From Microbacteriaceae bacterium (GTDB lineage: Bacteria; Actinomycetota; Actinomycetes; Actinomycetales; Microbacteriaceae): 47,886 bases of DNA. The notes under the pieces are model-generated. The model was not told the DNA's origin and searched no databases. It was given only the letters and a program-made list of their open reading frames with translations. Below are positions 1 to 14,460 of the stretch, piece after piece; the stretch's first letter is position 1, and the number at the start of each line of letters is the position of its first letter. The position numbers were made by a program, and so were the translations under genes. Location: NCBI GenBank assembly GCA_025464895.1, contig JAODMG010000102.1:1-47886 (forward strand). Direction: 5' to 3'.

Positions 1-2
1 TG

Positions 3-401
3 CAGGTCGAGCGGTTCAGCCACATCATGCACCTGGTCTCCTCGGTCGAGGGCGATCTCAGGAAGGATGCCGGTCCGCTCGACGTCTTCACCGCCACCTT
101 CCCGGCCGGAACGCTCTCCGGGGCGCCGAAGCCGCGCGCGCTCGAGATCATCGACGAGTTGGAGGTGGCCCAGCGCGGGTTGTACGGCGGAGTCGTCGGC
201 TATTTCGGATTCGCCGGTGACCTCGATCTGGCGATCGCCATCAGAACGACCACGATCTCCCGCGGTGTCGCCAGGGTGCAGGCCGGAGCGGGCCTGGTGG
301 CCGATTCTGACCCGGCGACCGAGCACCAGGAAGCCCACAACAAGGCCGCGGCACCACTGCGGGCGATCGCGATCGCCAACGCCATGAGGCGAGTGGACTG
401 A
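3..401 (+). CDS. trpE: Anthranilate synthase component I, C-terminal part (5' truncated by window)
   Basis: VERFSHIMHLVS, FPAGTLSGAPKPRA, RGLYGG, AIAIRT and QAGAGLVADS chorismate-binding motifs; upstream of trpCBA. Confidence 0.95.
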   Translation, partial: QVERFSHIMHLVSSVEGDLRKDAGPLDVFTATFPAGTLSGAPKPRALEIIDELEVAQRGLYGGVVGYFGFAGDLDLAIAIRTTTISRGVARVQAGAGLVADSDPATEHQEAHNKAAAPLRAIAIANAMRRVD

Positions 402-403
402 TC

Positions 404-994
404 GTGAGCGGCAGGCGCCTCAAAGTCCAGAGCCTGGTGGCGGGGATCCTCTTCAGCGCGCTCACCCTGATCGCCTGGACCCAGCTGTGGTTCACCGTCT
501 CGGTGAACGAAACGACGACATCGACGATGGCCATCGCAGTGACCGGGGACCTCGCGGCACCCGCGCTGTCCGCTTTCAGCCTGGCCGGCCTCGCCCTGGT
601 CGCAGCACTGACCATTTCCGGGACAGTCCTGCGGATCGTCCTCGGCGTTCTGCAGTTCGCGATCGGTGCCGGTGTGGTGGCATCGACCGCGGCGGCGCTG
701 GCGAATCCAGTCGCGGCATCGGCCAGTGCGGTGACGAAGGTGACCGGCGTATCCGGATCGCATTCTGTCGCAGCCCTGGTCGAGACATCGTCGCAGACCG
801 CCTGGCCGTGGCTCGCGCTGGTCTTTGGCGCCCTGACCGCAGCTGTCGGCGTTGTCGTCGCCATCACGGGTCTCCGCTGGCCGGGATCATCCCGCCGATA
901 TCAAGCGATTGCCGACACCGACCAGGAGGACTCGAGCAATCCGGTCTCCGACTGGGACCGTTTGAGCGGCGGCAGCGATCCGACGTCACGCTAG
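404..994 (+). CDS. Trp-operon-associated membrane protein
   Basis: About 4 hydrophobic helices, C-terminal DWDRLSGGSDPT motif, position directly after trpE as in other actinobacteria. Confidence 0.85.
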   Translation: MSGRRLKVQSLVAGILFSALTLIAWTQLWFTVSVNETTTSTMAIAVTGDLAAPALSAFSLAGLALVAALTISGTVLRIVLGVLQFAIGAGVVASTAAALANPVAASASAVTKVTGVSGSHSVAALVETSSQTAWPWLALVFGALTAAVGVVVAITGLRWPGSSRRYQAIADTDQEDSSNPVSDWDRLSGGSDPTSR

Positions 995-1027
995 ACTTTG
1001 GAATCGAAACCCCTTAGAAGGAGCATT

Positions 1028-1258
1028 GTGAGCGACGACACATCAGACCCAGGCCACGGCAATTCGCCCGCCGCATGGACCGCTGTGATCATCATGCTGG
1101 TGGCATTCACCATCGGTACGATCGCCTTCTTCTTCGAACTGACGTTCATCGTCTGGTCGGCTGCGGCGCTTGCGATCGTCGGACTCATCGTCGGCTGGAT
1201 CATGTCGAAGGTCGGATATGGCGTCGGCGGCGACCGTTACATCCCGAAAGAGCACTAA
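1028..1258 (+). CDS. Small membrane protein with HGxxPAAW motif (DUF6704-like)
   Basis: GHGNSPAAW followed by two TM helices; GTG at 1028 preceded by AGGAG. Confidence 0.8.
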   Translation: MSDDTSDPGHGNSPAAWTAVIIMLVAFTIGTIAFFFELTFIVWSAAALAIVGLIVGWIMSKVGYGVGGDRYIPKEH

Positions 1259-1262
1259 CGCG

Positions 1263-2036
1263 GTGCTTTCCGAACTTGTCGCCGGGGCACTGGAAGACGC
1301 CGCGGAACGCCGTAGCCTGCGCAGCTTTTCCGCAGTCGAAGCGGATGCCCGCGCCCACGAGCCTGCGCTCGATGCCTTGCGGTTTCTTGCCCCGTCCGAT
1401 CGGGTGAAAATCATCGCGGAGGTCAAGCGATCGAGTCCATCCAGGGGCCCTCTCGCCGAGATCCCCGATCCTGCCGCCCTCGCCGTCTCCTACGAGACCG
1501 GGGGAGCGAGCGCGATCAGCGTCCTGACCGAGGGTCGACGGTTCGGTGGTTCCCTCGCCGACCTCGAAGCGGTCCGAGAAGCGGTCTCGCTCCCCGTGCT
1601 GCGCAAAGACTTCATCGCCGACGACTACCAGGTCTTCGAAGCGAGAGCGGCGGGCGCCGACATAGTCCTGCTCATCGTTGCCGCCCTCGAACAGCCCCTG
1701 CTTGCCAGCCTGTTCGCACGGGTGACCGAGCTCGGGATGACGGCACTCGTCGAGACCCACAGCGCCGACGAGGTGGCCAGGGCCCTCGACGTAGGTGCGA
1801 GCCTCGTCGGGGTCAACGCGAGAAACCTCAGCACCTTCGAACTGGACCAGGACTTGTTCGGCAGCCTCGCCGATCACATTCCGTCCGGCGTCATCCGAGT
1901 CGCAGAATCCGCGGTCAAAGCGCCGGCGGACGTCGCTCACTACCGACAGGCAGGAGCCGACGTCGTCCTGGTCGGTGAAGCACTAGTAACGAATGGGGAC
2001 CCGGTGTCCACCCTGCAAGAATTCCTGGCCGCCTGA
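1263..2036 (+). CDS. trpC: Indole-3-glycerol phosphate synthase
   Basis: [37 protein letters not shown] and LVGEAL motifs; start moved to in-frame GTG at 1263. Confidence 0.96.
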   Translation: MLSELVAGALEDAAERRSLRSFSAVEADARAHEPALDALRFLAPSDRVKIIAEVKRSSPSRGPLAEIPDPAALAVSYETGGASAISVLTEGRRFGGSLADLEAVREAVSLPVLRKDFIADDYQVFEARAAGADIVLLIVAALEQPLLASLFARVTELGMTALVETHSADEVARALDVGASLVGVNARNLSTFELDQDLFGSLADHIPSGVIRVAESAVKAPADVAHYRQAGADVVLVGEALVTNGDPVSTLQEFLAA

Positions 2037-3238
2037 TGGCTCTGCGTGACGAGAACGGGCCATACTTCGGCGAGTACGGCGGACGGCACATGCCGGAACC
2101 CCTCGTCGCCGCGATCGACGAGATCACCGCGGCCTATGAGGCGTCCAAGGTCGATCCGACCTTCCAGGCAGAACTCGCCGAGCTGCACCGCACCTACACC
2201 GGGCGCCCGTCGATCATCACCGAGGTGCCGCGTTTCGCCGAGCATGCCGGTGGGGCACGGATCATCCTCAAGCGCGAAGATCTCAACCACACTGGATCGC
2301 ACAAGATCAACAACGTGCTCGGCCAGGCACTCCTCACCAAGCGACTCGGCAAGACCAGGGTGATCGCCGAGACCGGTGCGGGCCAGCACGGTGTGGCCAC
2401 CGCAACGGCTGCAGCCCTCTTCGGCTTCGACTGCACCATCTTCATGGGCGAGGTCGATACGGAGCGCCAGGCGCTGAACGTCGCGAGGATGCGGCTGCTC
2501 GGTGCTGAGGTCGTCTCGGTGACCACCGGCGCCCGCACCCTGAAGGACGCCATCAACGAGGCGTACCGCGAGTGGGTCGGCTCGGTCGCGACCACGAACT
2601 ACATCTTCGGCACGGCCGCTGGTCCCCATCCATTTCCCGCGATGGTGCGCGACTTCCAGAAAATCATCGGTGAGGAGGCGCGCGAACAGGTGCTCGCGCT
2701 CACCGGACGGTTGCCGGATGTCGTCGCCGCGTGCGTCGGAGGCGGATCGAACGCCATCGGCATCTTCCACGCATTCCTCGACGATCCGGGCGTTCGGCTC
2801 CTCGGCTTCGAGGCGGCGGGCGACGGCGTCGACACGGAGCGCCACGCGGCATCCATCGAACGTGGTCGCCCCGGCGTGTTGCACGGAGCGCGCACCTACC
2901 TGCTGCAGGACGAGGACGGCCAGACCATCGAATCGCACTCGATCTCGGCCGGACTCGACTACCCCGGCGTCGGCCCGGAGCATGCCTGGCTTGCCGACAT
3001 CGGTCGCGCGGAATACCTTCCGGCCACCGACGCAGAGGCGATGGAGGCCCTTCGGCTGCTGAGCCGCACCGAGGGCATCATCCCGGCCATCGAATCGGCG
3101 CACGCGCTGGCCGGGGCGATTCGGGTGGGCAAAGAGCTCGGCGAAGACGCGATCATCCTGGTGAACCTGAGCGGACGAGGCGACAAAGACATGGAAACCG
3201 CGGGAAAGTACTTCGACCTTCTGGATGCGACGGAGTGA
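2036..3238 (+). CDS. trpB: Tryptophan synthase beta chain
   Basis: [16 protein letters not shown] (PLP lysine), [31 protein letters not shown]; TGATG overlap with trpC. Confidence 0.98.
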   Translation: MALRDENGPYFGEYGGRHMPEPLVAAIDEITAAYEASKVDPTFQAELAELHRTYTGRPSIITEVPRFAEHAGGARIILKREDLNHTGSHKINNVLGQALLTKRLGKTRVIAETGAGQHGVATATAAALFGFDCTIFMGEVDTERQALNVARMRLLGAEVVSVTTGARTLKDAINEAYREWVGSVATTNYIFGTAAGPHPFPAMVRDFQKIIGEEAREQVLALTGRLPDVVAACVGGGSNAIGIFHAFLDDPGVRLLGFEAAGDGVDTERHAASIERGRPGVLHGARTYLLQDEDGQTIESHSISAGLDYPGVGPEHAWLADIGRAEYLPATDAEAMEALRLLSRTEGIIPAIESAHALAGAIRVGKELGEDAIILVNLSGRGDKDMETAGKYFDLLDATE

Positions 3239-4020
3239 GCGCGGTAGAGACCGCGATCTCGGCGCGCAAGGACGCGGGCAGCGGCGCACTGATCGGCTAT
3301 CTCCCGGTCGGCTTTCCCGATCTGCCGACGAGCATCGAGGCCGCGGTCGCGCTGGTCGAGAACGGAGTCGACGTACTCGAGCTGGGTGTGCCGTATTCTG
3401 ACCCGGTTATGGATGGAACGGTCATCCAGCAGGCCACCCAAGCGGCATTGGCCGGCGGATTCCGGCTTCGCCACGCCTTCGACGCCGTCGCGGCGATCAG
3501 CGCGCGGGTGAGTGCCCCGATCCTGTTGATGACGTACTGGAACCCGATCATCCAGTTCGGGATCGACAAATTCGCCGACGAACTGCTGGCGGCCGGGGGA
3601 GCCGGGCTGATAACCCCCGACCTCATCCCGGACGAGGGCGCAGACTGGCTCGCGACATCCGACCGCACCGGGCTCGACCGGGTGTTCCTCGCGGCACCGT
3701 CCTCGACCGAGGCCAGGCTTCGGCAGGCGGTCACCCTCAGCCGGGGCTTCGTTTATGCCGTGTCGACCATGGGCATCACCGGCGCGCGCTCCGACGTCGA
3801 TGCCGCCGCCCGTTCGCTCGTGTCCCGCCTGCGTGATGTCGAGGCCACCAGCGTCTGTGTCGGCCTCGGGATCTCCACCGCGGAACAGGTACGAGAGGTG
3901 CTCGGCTACGCGGATGGCGCGATCGTCGGGTCAGCGCTGGTCAAGGCACTGGCCGACGGCGGGGTCGACGCGGTCGCTCGCGCGGCGGCGGCGTTGGCCG
4001 ACGGCACTAGGCTGAACTAG
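3235..4020 (+). CDS. trpA: Tryptophan synthase alpha chain
   Basis: [41 protein letters not shown]; GTGA overlap with trpB stop. Confidence 0.97.
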   Translation: MSAVETAISARKDAGSGALIGYLPVGFPDLPTSIEAAVALVENGVDVLELGVPYSDPVMDGTVIQQATQAALAGGFRLRHAFDAVAAISARVSAPILLMTYWNPIIQFGIDKFADELLAAGGAGLITPDLIPDEGADWLATSDRTGLDRVFLAAPSSTEARLRQAVTLSRGFVYAVSTMGITGARSDVDAAARSLVSRLRDVEATSVCVGLGISTAEQVREVLGYADGAIVGSALVKALADGGVDAVARAAAALADGTRLN

Positions 4021-4058
4021 TTTTCTCCGCAGTTCTTTTACGAGAGGTCACCACCCGC

Positions 4059-5165
4059 GTGTTCGAGTCACTGAGCGGCTTTGCTATCCAGAGCATCCCC
4101 AGCCCCAGCCCCGCCTGGCAGGTATTCAACCTCGGCCAGTGGTTTCGCGATATCGGCCTCACCTGGTTCAGCCTGAACATCAACATCCACGCATACGCGA
4201 TCTGCATCCTCCTCGGGATCATCGCGGCGACGATGCTGACCTATTACCGACTCAAACGTCGTTCCGCGGATGCGGGCGTCGTGCTGGACATCGCGCTGTG
4301 GGCCGTTCCCTTCGGTATCGTCGGTGGTCGAATCTTCCACGTGCTCACTCACCCGAACGACTATTTCGGCCCCGGGAAAGATTTGTTGAAGACCCTCTAC
4401 ATCTGGGAGGGCGGCATGGCTATTTTCGGCGCGCTGATCCTCGGTGCCGTCGGAACCTACATTGGTTGCCGGATAGCGGGACTGAGGTTCTGGAGCTTTG
4501 CGGATGCGCTGGCCCCTGCACTGCTGCTGGCCCAGGCCTTCGGGCGGTTGGGCAACTGGTTCAACCAGGAATTGTTCGGCCTGCCGACGAACCTGCCCTG
4601 GGGCCTTCAGATCTCCTCGCCGAACCCCGCCATTCCAGCCGGGCTACCGGCAGGAACCCTGTACCAGCCGACCTTCCTTTACGAGATCATCTGGAACCTG
4701 CTCGGCGTCGTTGTCATCATCCTGCTCGAGCGGAAGCACCGCTGGGAGAGGCGCGACATCCTCGGGATCAGGGTTCCGGTGCTCGTACCGGGCACCTACC
4801 GGCTCCAATGGGGCAAAGTGCTCGCCGTGTACCTGATCTGGTACGGGATCGGCAGAAGTTACCTTGAATCGATCAGGATCGATCCGAGCGAGATCTTCCT
4901 CGGGATCCGGGTCAACATCTGGGCAGCATTCGGCGCGATCATCGTCGGAATCGTCATTTTCGTGATCCAAAGTCGGCGTCATCCAGGACTAGAACCGAGC
5001 GCGTATGTGCCCGGTCGCGAATGGTCCCCCGAGGCTGGGGTAAACTCTGACGACACATACTCGGACACCGACGACGACAATGACGCCTTAGTCGCTACCA
5101 CAGCAGAACCCGAGAAAGACAATGCCAGGAAGCCCGTCACAAGCGGCTCAGGCAGCAAGTCCTAA
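4059..5165 (+). CDS. lgt: Prolipoprotein diacylglyceryl transferase
   Basis: IVGGRIFHV, IWEGGMAIFGA, AQAFGRLGNWFNQELFG, QPTFLYE; usual position after trpA. Confidence 0.95.
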   Translation: MFESLSGFAIQSIPSPSPAWQVFNLGQWFRDIGLTWFSLNINIHAYAICILLGIIAATMLTYYRLKRRSADAGVVLDIALWAVPFGIVGGRIFHVLTHPNDYFGPGKDLLKTLYIWEGGMAIFGALILGAVGTYIGCRIAGLRFWSFADALAPALLLAQAFGRLGNWFNQELFGLPTNLPWGLQISSPNPAIPAGLPAGTLYQPTFLYEIIWNLLGVVVIILLERKHRWERRDILGIRVPVLVPGTYRLQWGKVLAVYLIWYGIGRSYLESIRIDPSEIFLGIRVNIWAAFGAIIVGIVIFVIQSRRHPGLEPSAYVPGREWSPEAGVNSDDTYSDTDDDNDALVATTAEPEKDNARKPVTSGSGSKS

Positions 5166-5260
5166 GCAGTCAGGGTTGAATCTCAGACCCGCCTGCTCCA
5201 TCCGGTCTGGGCCAGTGACGTCCCGCACGCATTAGCATCCTTCGTGAGGACGGTTTGACA

Positions 5261-9830
<4,570 letters not shown>

Positions 9831-9838
<8 letters not shown>

Positions 9839-11285
9839 TCCCAAGGGATTCCTGAAGACCAGGGAACGCGAGCTTCCGACCCGTCGGCCCGTCGCGCTCC
9901 GCCTGATGGACTGGAAAGAGGTCTACGAGGAGGGTGACGCCGCGACGCTCAGGCGCCAGGCCGGTCGCTGCATGGACTGCGGCGTTCCGTTCTGTCACCA
10001 CGGATGCCCGCTCGGCAACCTGATCCCGGAGTGGAACGACCTGGTGCGCCGTGGAGAAGGCCGCGAGGCGATCGAACGCCTGCACGCGACCAACAACTTC
10101 CCGGAGTTCACCGGCCGACTGTGCCCCGCGCCCTGCGAGAGTTCCTGTGTGCTCGGCATCAACCAGCCGCCGGTGACGATCAAGCTGGTCGAACAGTCGA
10201 TCATCGACGACGCATGGGCGAACGACTGGGTGAAGCCACATCCTCCGGAGCGGCTCACCGGCAAGACCGTCGCCGTCGTCGGATCCGGTCCGGCAGGGCT
10301 CGCCGCCGCCCAGCAGCTCACCCGCGCCGGTCACACGGTCGCGGTATATGAGCGCGACGACCGCATCGGCGGACTCCTGCGCTACGGCATCCCGGACTTC
10401 AAGATGGAGAAGAAGGCCATCGAGAACCGTCTCAAGCAGATGCAGGCGGAAGGCACCAGGTTCCGCGCCGGCGTCAACATCGGCGTCGACATCAGCTGGG
10501 ACGACCTGCGCGCGCGGTACGACGCGGTCATCGTGGCCACCGGGGCGCTCGTCCCACGGGATCTTCCGATCCCCGGCCGCGACCTGTCTGGCGTGCATTT
10601 CGCGATGGACTACCTGGTGCAGCAGAACCGGGTCGGCGCGGGGGACACCGTGCTCGACCAGGTCACAGCGGAAGGCAAGCACGTCGTCGTCCTCGGCGGA
10701 GGTGACACCGGCGCCGACTGCATCGGTACGGCCCACCGCCAGCAGGCCCTTTCGGTCACCAACCTGGCGATCGGCATCCAGCCCCCGTCCGAGCGCCCAG
10801 AGCACCAGCCGTGGCCCATGTCGCCGACCCTGTTCGAGGTGTCCTCTGCACACGAGGAGGGCGGAGAGCGGGTCTACCTGGCCTCGACGGTCGAGTTCCT
10901 CTCGAACGACGCTGGAGAGGTTCGCGCCATCCGCGTCGCCGAAACCGAATACCTGGACGGGCGCCGGGTTCCGAAGGCGGGAACCGAACGCGAGATCCCG
11001 GCGGACCTGGTTCTCCTGGCACTCGGATTCAGTGGAACGGAAAGCACGTCGATCCAGGACCAGCTGGGCGTCCCGTTCGTCGACGGCAACGTCGAGCGCG
11101 GTGCCGACTACCAGACCAGCCACCCCGGTGTGTTCGTCGCCGGCGATGCCGGGCGGGGCCAGTCCCTCATCGTCTGGGCGATCGCGGAAGGGCGTGCAGC
11201 GGCATCCACGGTCGATCGCTATCTCGAGGGCGAGACCCAGCTTCCATTCCCGGTGAAGCCGACCGATCGCGCGATTGCGCTCTAA
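9831..11285 (+). CDS. gltD: Glutamate synthase small subunit
   Basis: [54 protein letters not shown]; GTG at 9831 preceded by GGAGG. Confidence 0.97.
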
Positions 11286-11326
11286 TACTCATTCCGCTCA
11301 TTGCAGCACCCACATAGAAGGAAGTC

Positions 11327-12772
11327 ATGAGACGAGCCAAAATCGTCGCGACGCTTGGCCCAGCCACGTCGAGCTACGAGAACATCAGGGCGATCATCGA
11401 AGCAGGTGTGGATGTCGCCCGTATGAACCTGAGCCACGGTTCATATTCCGTACACGAAGAGGTTTACGCAAACGTTCGAAGGGCTGCGGATGACTCCGGT
11501 CGCGCCGTCGCCGTGCTAGTCGACCTTCAGGGTCCGAAGATCCGTCTCGGCAAGTTCGAGGGAGGACCGTACGAGCTCGCCGTCGGCGACATCTTCAAGA
11601 TCACCACGGACGAGGTGATCGGTACCAGGGAGCTGTCCGGCACAACATTCAAGGGGCTCCCGAACGACGTCTCCGCCGGCGACTTCCTACTGATCGACGA
11701 CGGCAAGGTCAAGGTGCAGGTGCTCGAGACCGACGGCGTCGTGGTGACCACGAAGGTCATCGTCGGTGGTCCGGTCTCGAACAACAAGGGAATCAACCTT
11801 CCCGGTGTCGCCGTGAACGTTCCCGCGCTCTCCGAAAAGGACGAGGCCGACCTCCGCTGGGGCCTGCGCCTCGGCGCGGACATGATCGCGCTGTCCTTTG
11901 TCCGCAACGCGGACGACGTGACCAGGGTGCACGAGATCATGGCGGAAGAGGGGCGCAAGATCCCGGTGATCGCCAAGATCGAAAAGCCGCAGGCCGTCGA
12001 CCATCTCGAAGCCATCATCGACGCGTTCGACGCGATCATGGTCGCCCGCGGAGACCTCGGTGTCGAGCTGCCCCTCGAGGCCGTCCCGATCGTGCAGAAG
12101 CGCGCGGTCGAACTCTCTCGCCGGATGGCGAAGCCGGTCATTGTCGCGACGCAGATGCTCGAATCGATGATCTCGAGCCCGGTTCCGACCCGCGCCGAGA
12201 CCTCGGATGTCGCGAACGCCGTCCTCGACGGAGCAGACGCGGTCATGCTGAGTGGCGAGACCAGCGTCGGCGAGTACCCGGTCATCACGGTCCAGACCAT
12301 GGCCCGCATCGTTGAGTCGACCGAGGACCATGGCCTCGAGCGCATCCCGGCCCTCGGAACCAAGCCGAGGACGCAGGGTGGCGCGATCACCCTCGCCGCC
12401 GCGGAGGTCGCCGCGTTCGTCGAAGCGAAGTACGTCTGCGTGTTCACCGAGTCCGGTGACTCGGCACGCCGGATGTCGCGGCTACGTTTCAAGATCCCGA
12501 TGAAGGCGTTCACGCCCGACCCGGCCATCCGTCGCAGGATGGCGCTCACCTGGGGCATCGAGTCGTTCCTGGTCGACCGGGTCACCCACACCGACGCCAT
12601 GTACCACCAGGTCGACGAGGTTCTGCTCCGCGAGGGGCTGGCCGAGGTCGGCGACAAGGTCGTCGTCATCTCCGGATCCCCTCCCGGGATCTCCGGTTCG
12701 ACCAACGACCTCCGGGTGCACCGGGTGGGCGACGCGCAGAATGCCGTAGCCCCGGCCTGGGTGACCACCTAG
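11327..12772 (+). CDS. pyk: Pyruvate kinase
   Basis: RRAKIVATLGP, DLQGPKIR, IAKIEKP, MVARGDLGVE, ATQMLESM, PTRAE, MLSGETS. Confidence 0.98.
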   Translation: MRRAKIVATLGPATSSYENIRAIIEAGVDVARMNLSHGSYSVHEEVYANVRRAADDSGRAVAVLVDLQGPKIRLGKFEGGPYELAVGDIFKITTDEVIGTRELSGTTFKGLPNDVSAGDFLLIDDGKVKVQVLETDGVVVTTKVIVGGPVSNNKGINLPGVAVNVPALSEKDEADLRWGLRLGADMIALSFVRNADDVTRVHEIMAEEGRKIPVIAKIEKPQAVDHLEAIIDAFDAIMVARGDLGVELPLEAVPIVQKRAVELSRRMAKPVIVATQMLESMISSPVPTRAETSDVANAVLDGADAVMLSGETSVGEYPVITVQTMARIVESTEDHGLERIPALGTKPRTQGGAITLAAAEVAAFVEAKYVCVFTESGDSARRMSRLRFKIPMKAFTPDPAIRRRMALTWGIESFLVDRVTHTDAMYHQVDEVLLREGLAEVGDKVVVISGSPPGISGSTNDLRVHRVGDAQNAVAPAWVTT

Positions 12773-12785
12773 CGGCAGGTGATCG

Positions 12786-12823
12786 GGCCTCGGTCGGGAC
12801 GGTGTCCCGGCCGGGGCCTTTTT
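12786..12823 (+). terminator. Intrinsic terminator after pyk
   Basis: 15-bp stem GGCCTCGGTCGGGAC/GTCCCGGCCGGGGCC (2 G-U pairs), 3-nt loop, followed by TTTTT. Confidence 0.85.
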
Positions 12824-12848
12824 CGTGCGCAGATCCATTGTCGCCATG

Positions 12849-12866
12849 CCGTTTGCCTCCGAATGA
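12849..12866. promoter_or_regulatory. 18-bp palindromic operator, copy 1 (CCGTTTGCCTCCGAATGA)
   Basis: Matches the motif repeated in six intergenic positions of the cluster; lies just upstream of candidate -10 TAGCCT (12869-12874). Confidence 0.7.
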
Positions 12867-12918
12867 TCTAGCCTTGGTCGCAGTCCCAGCTCGAACACGA
12901 TTGATCGGATGGTCTCCA

Positions 12919-14433
12919 ATGGCGAAGACAACAGCAGGCAAGACCCTCGGTGACTGGACGAAGCAGGCGAACGAAATCGCCTGGCCGTCGACGCTGGTGG
13001 TGGACGGCAGGCTGGTCGAGTCACAGGACGGCGCGACCTTCGCTCACATCAGCCCTCGCGAGGGAAGCCTGCTCACCAACGTTCCATCCGGAAGTGTCGG
13101 CGACATCGACCTCGCGGTGGCCGCGGCGCGGCGGGCGTTCGACGACGGACCATGGCCGCGCTTCGCCCCCAGGGTCCGCAAGGAATTGATGCTCCGGTTC
13201 GCGGAGCTTATCGAGGCGCACCGCGATGAGCTCGCCATCATGATCAGTCTCGAGATGGGCAAGCCGATCGACGACGCATGGGGCATCGAGCTGCGGGCGG
13301 TGCTCGCGACCTACCGCTGGTACGCGGAGCTCGCGGACAAGGAGCTCGACGAGATCTCGCCGGTCGGATCGGATGACCTCGCACTCATCACCCGCGAGCC
13401 GGTCGGAGTCGTTGGCGTTGTAACCCCGTGGAACTTCCCTCTCACCCTCGCGGCCTGGAAGATCGCGCCGGCAATGGCGGTCGGCTGCACGATCGTGCAG
13501 AAGCCATCGGATCTGAGTTCGCCTTCGGCCATCCGGATGGCCGAGTTGGCGCTCGAAGCGGGGATACCGGCCGGAGTGCTGAACGTCGTCCCCGGGCGGG
13601 GTTCTGTGCTCGGCAGGCACCTTGGGATGCATCCGGGCGTCGATGCTCTCGCGTTCACCGGTTCGACCGAGGTCGGTCGCGCCTACCTCGAATACTCGGC
13701 GAGATCGAACCTCAAACGAACCTGGCTCGAGCTCGGAGGCAAGTCGGGCAACATCATCCTTCCGGATGCTCCCGATCTCGACGTCGCCATAGCGACCGCG
13801 GCCTGGGGCATCTTCTTCAACAGCGGCCAGATGTGCACTGCGCCGTCGCGGCTGATCGTGCACCGCGATATCGCGGACGAGGTGATTGCCGGAGTGGTCG
13901 CACGCGCCGCAGACTACCGTCCGGGGGATCCGCTCGACCCGGAGACGAAGATGGGTCCGCTGGCATCCGGAACACGGCTCTCGGAGGTCGAGGGACACGT
14001 GCGGGAGGCCAGGGAGGACGGCGCGGAGGCTATCGTCGGCGGCAGCGCGTATGACGGCGTCGACGTTCCTGCCAACGGGGTCTACTTCGAGCCGACCATC
14101 TTCACCGGAGTGTCGCCGGACTCCAGGCTTGCCCAGAACGAGGTGTTCGGCCCTGTGCTCGCGATCGTGACGGTGAACGACGACGAGGAGGCCATACGGG
14201 TCGCGAACAACTCCGACTACGGGCTGGCCGCCGGGCTCTGGACCTCGGATGTCTCGAAGGTGCACCGCCTATCGCGCCGGCTCCGCGCCGGCACAGTCTG
14301 GGTCAACTGCTACGAGGAGGGCGACCTCACCGTGCCGTTCGGCGGCTACAAGCTCTCTGGCAACGGCCGGGACAAGTCGCGGCATGCCCTCGAGAAGTAC
14401 ACCGAGCTGAAGACGACGTTCATCCACCTCTGA
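12919..14433 (+). CDS. NAD(P)-dependent aldehyde dehydrogenase, PuuC-like
   Basis: PWNFPL, FTGSTEVG, LELGGKS, FNSGQMC, EVFGPV; C-terminus PFGGYKLSGNGRDKSRHALEKYTELKT closely resembles PuuC-type ALDHs; start moved to ATG 12919. Confidence 0.9.
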   Translation: MAKTTAGKTLGDWTKQANEIAWPSTLVVDGRLVESQDGATFAHISPREGSLLTNVPSGSVGDIDLAVAAARRAFDDGPWPRFAPRVRKELMLRFAELIEAHRDELAIMISLEMGKPIDDAWGIELRAVLATYRWYAELADKELDEISPVGSDDLALITREPVGVVGVVTPWNFPLTLAAWKIAPAMAVGCTIVQKPSDLSSPSAIRMAELALEAGIPAGVLNVVPGRGSVLGRHLGMHPGVDALAFTGSTEVGRAYLEYSARSNLKRTWLELGGKSGNIILPDAPDLDVAIATAAWGIFFNSGQMCTAPSRLIVHRDIADEVIAGVVARAADYRPGDPLDPETKMGPLASGTRLSEVEGHVREAREDGAEAIVGGSAYDGVDVPANGVYFEPTIFTGVSPDSRLAQNEVFGPVLAIVTVNDDEEAIRVANNSDYGLAAGLWTSDVSKVHRLSRRLRAGTVWVNCYEEGDLTVPFGGYKLSGNGRDKSRHALEKYTELKTTFIHL

Positions 14434-14460
14434 GCGTCGGGAGCCGACGGGCTGGAAACC

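Noticed and set aside
2731-3234. N-terminal extensions in the ORF track (trpA; likewise trpC, ALDH, permease, TetR, MFS, thioesterase, epimerase, TS-like gene)
   Set aside because: They overlap neighbouring genes, terminators or promoters; downstream starts with SD, -10 or stop-start overlaps fit better, so they are not fusions
5229-5246. CATTAGCATCC upstream of gltB, identical to part of operator copy 6
   Set aside because: The right half-site AAYGA is absent (TTCGTG follows), so it is not palindromic; probably chance
12773-12918. Possible att site (duplicate of the tRNA-Leu 3' end) at the left edge of the accessory block
   Set aside because: No match to TGCCGGTGGTGGGACTCGAACC seen by eye here or in the other intergenic gaps; no integrase in the window
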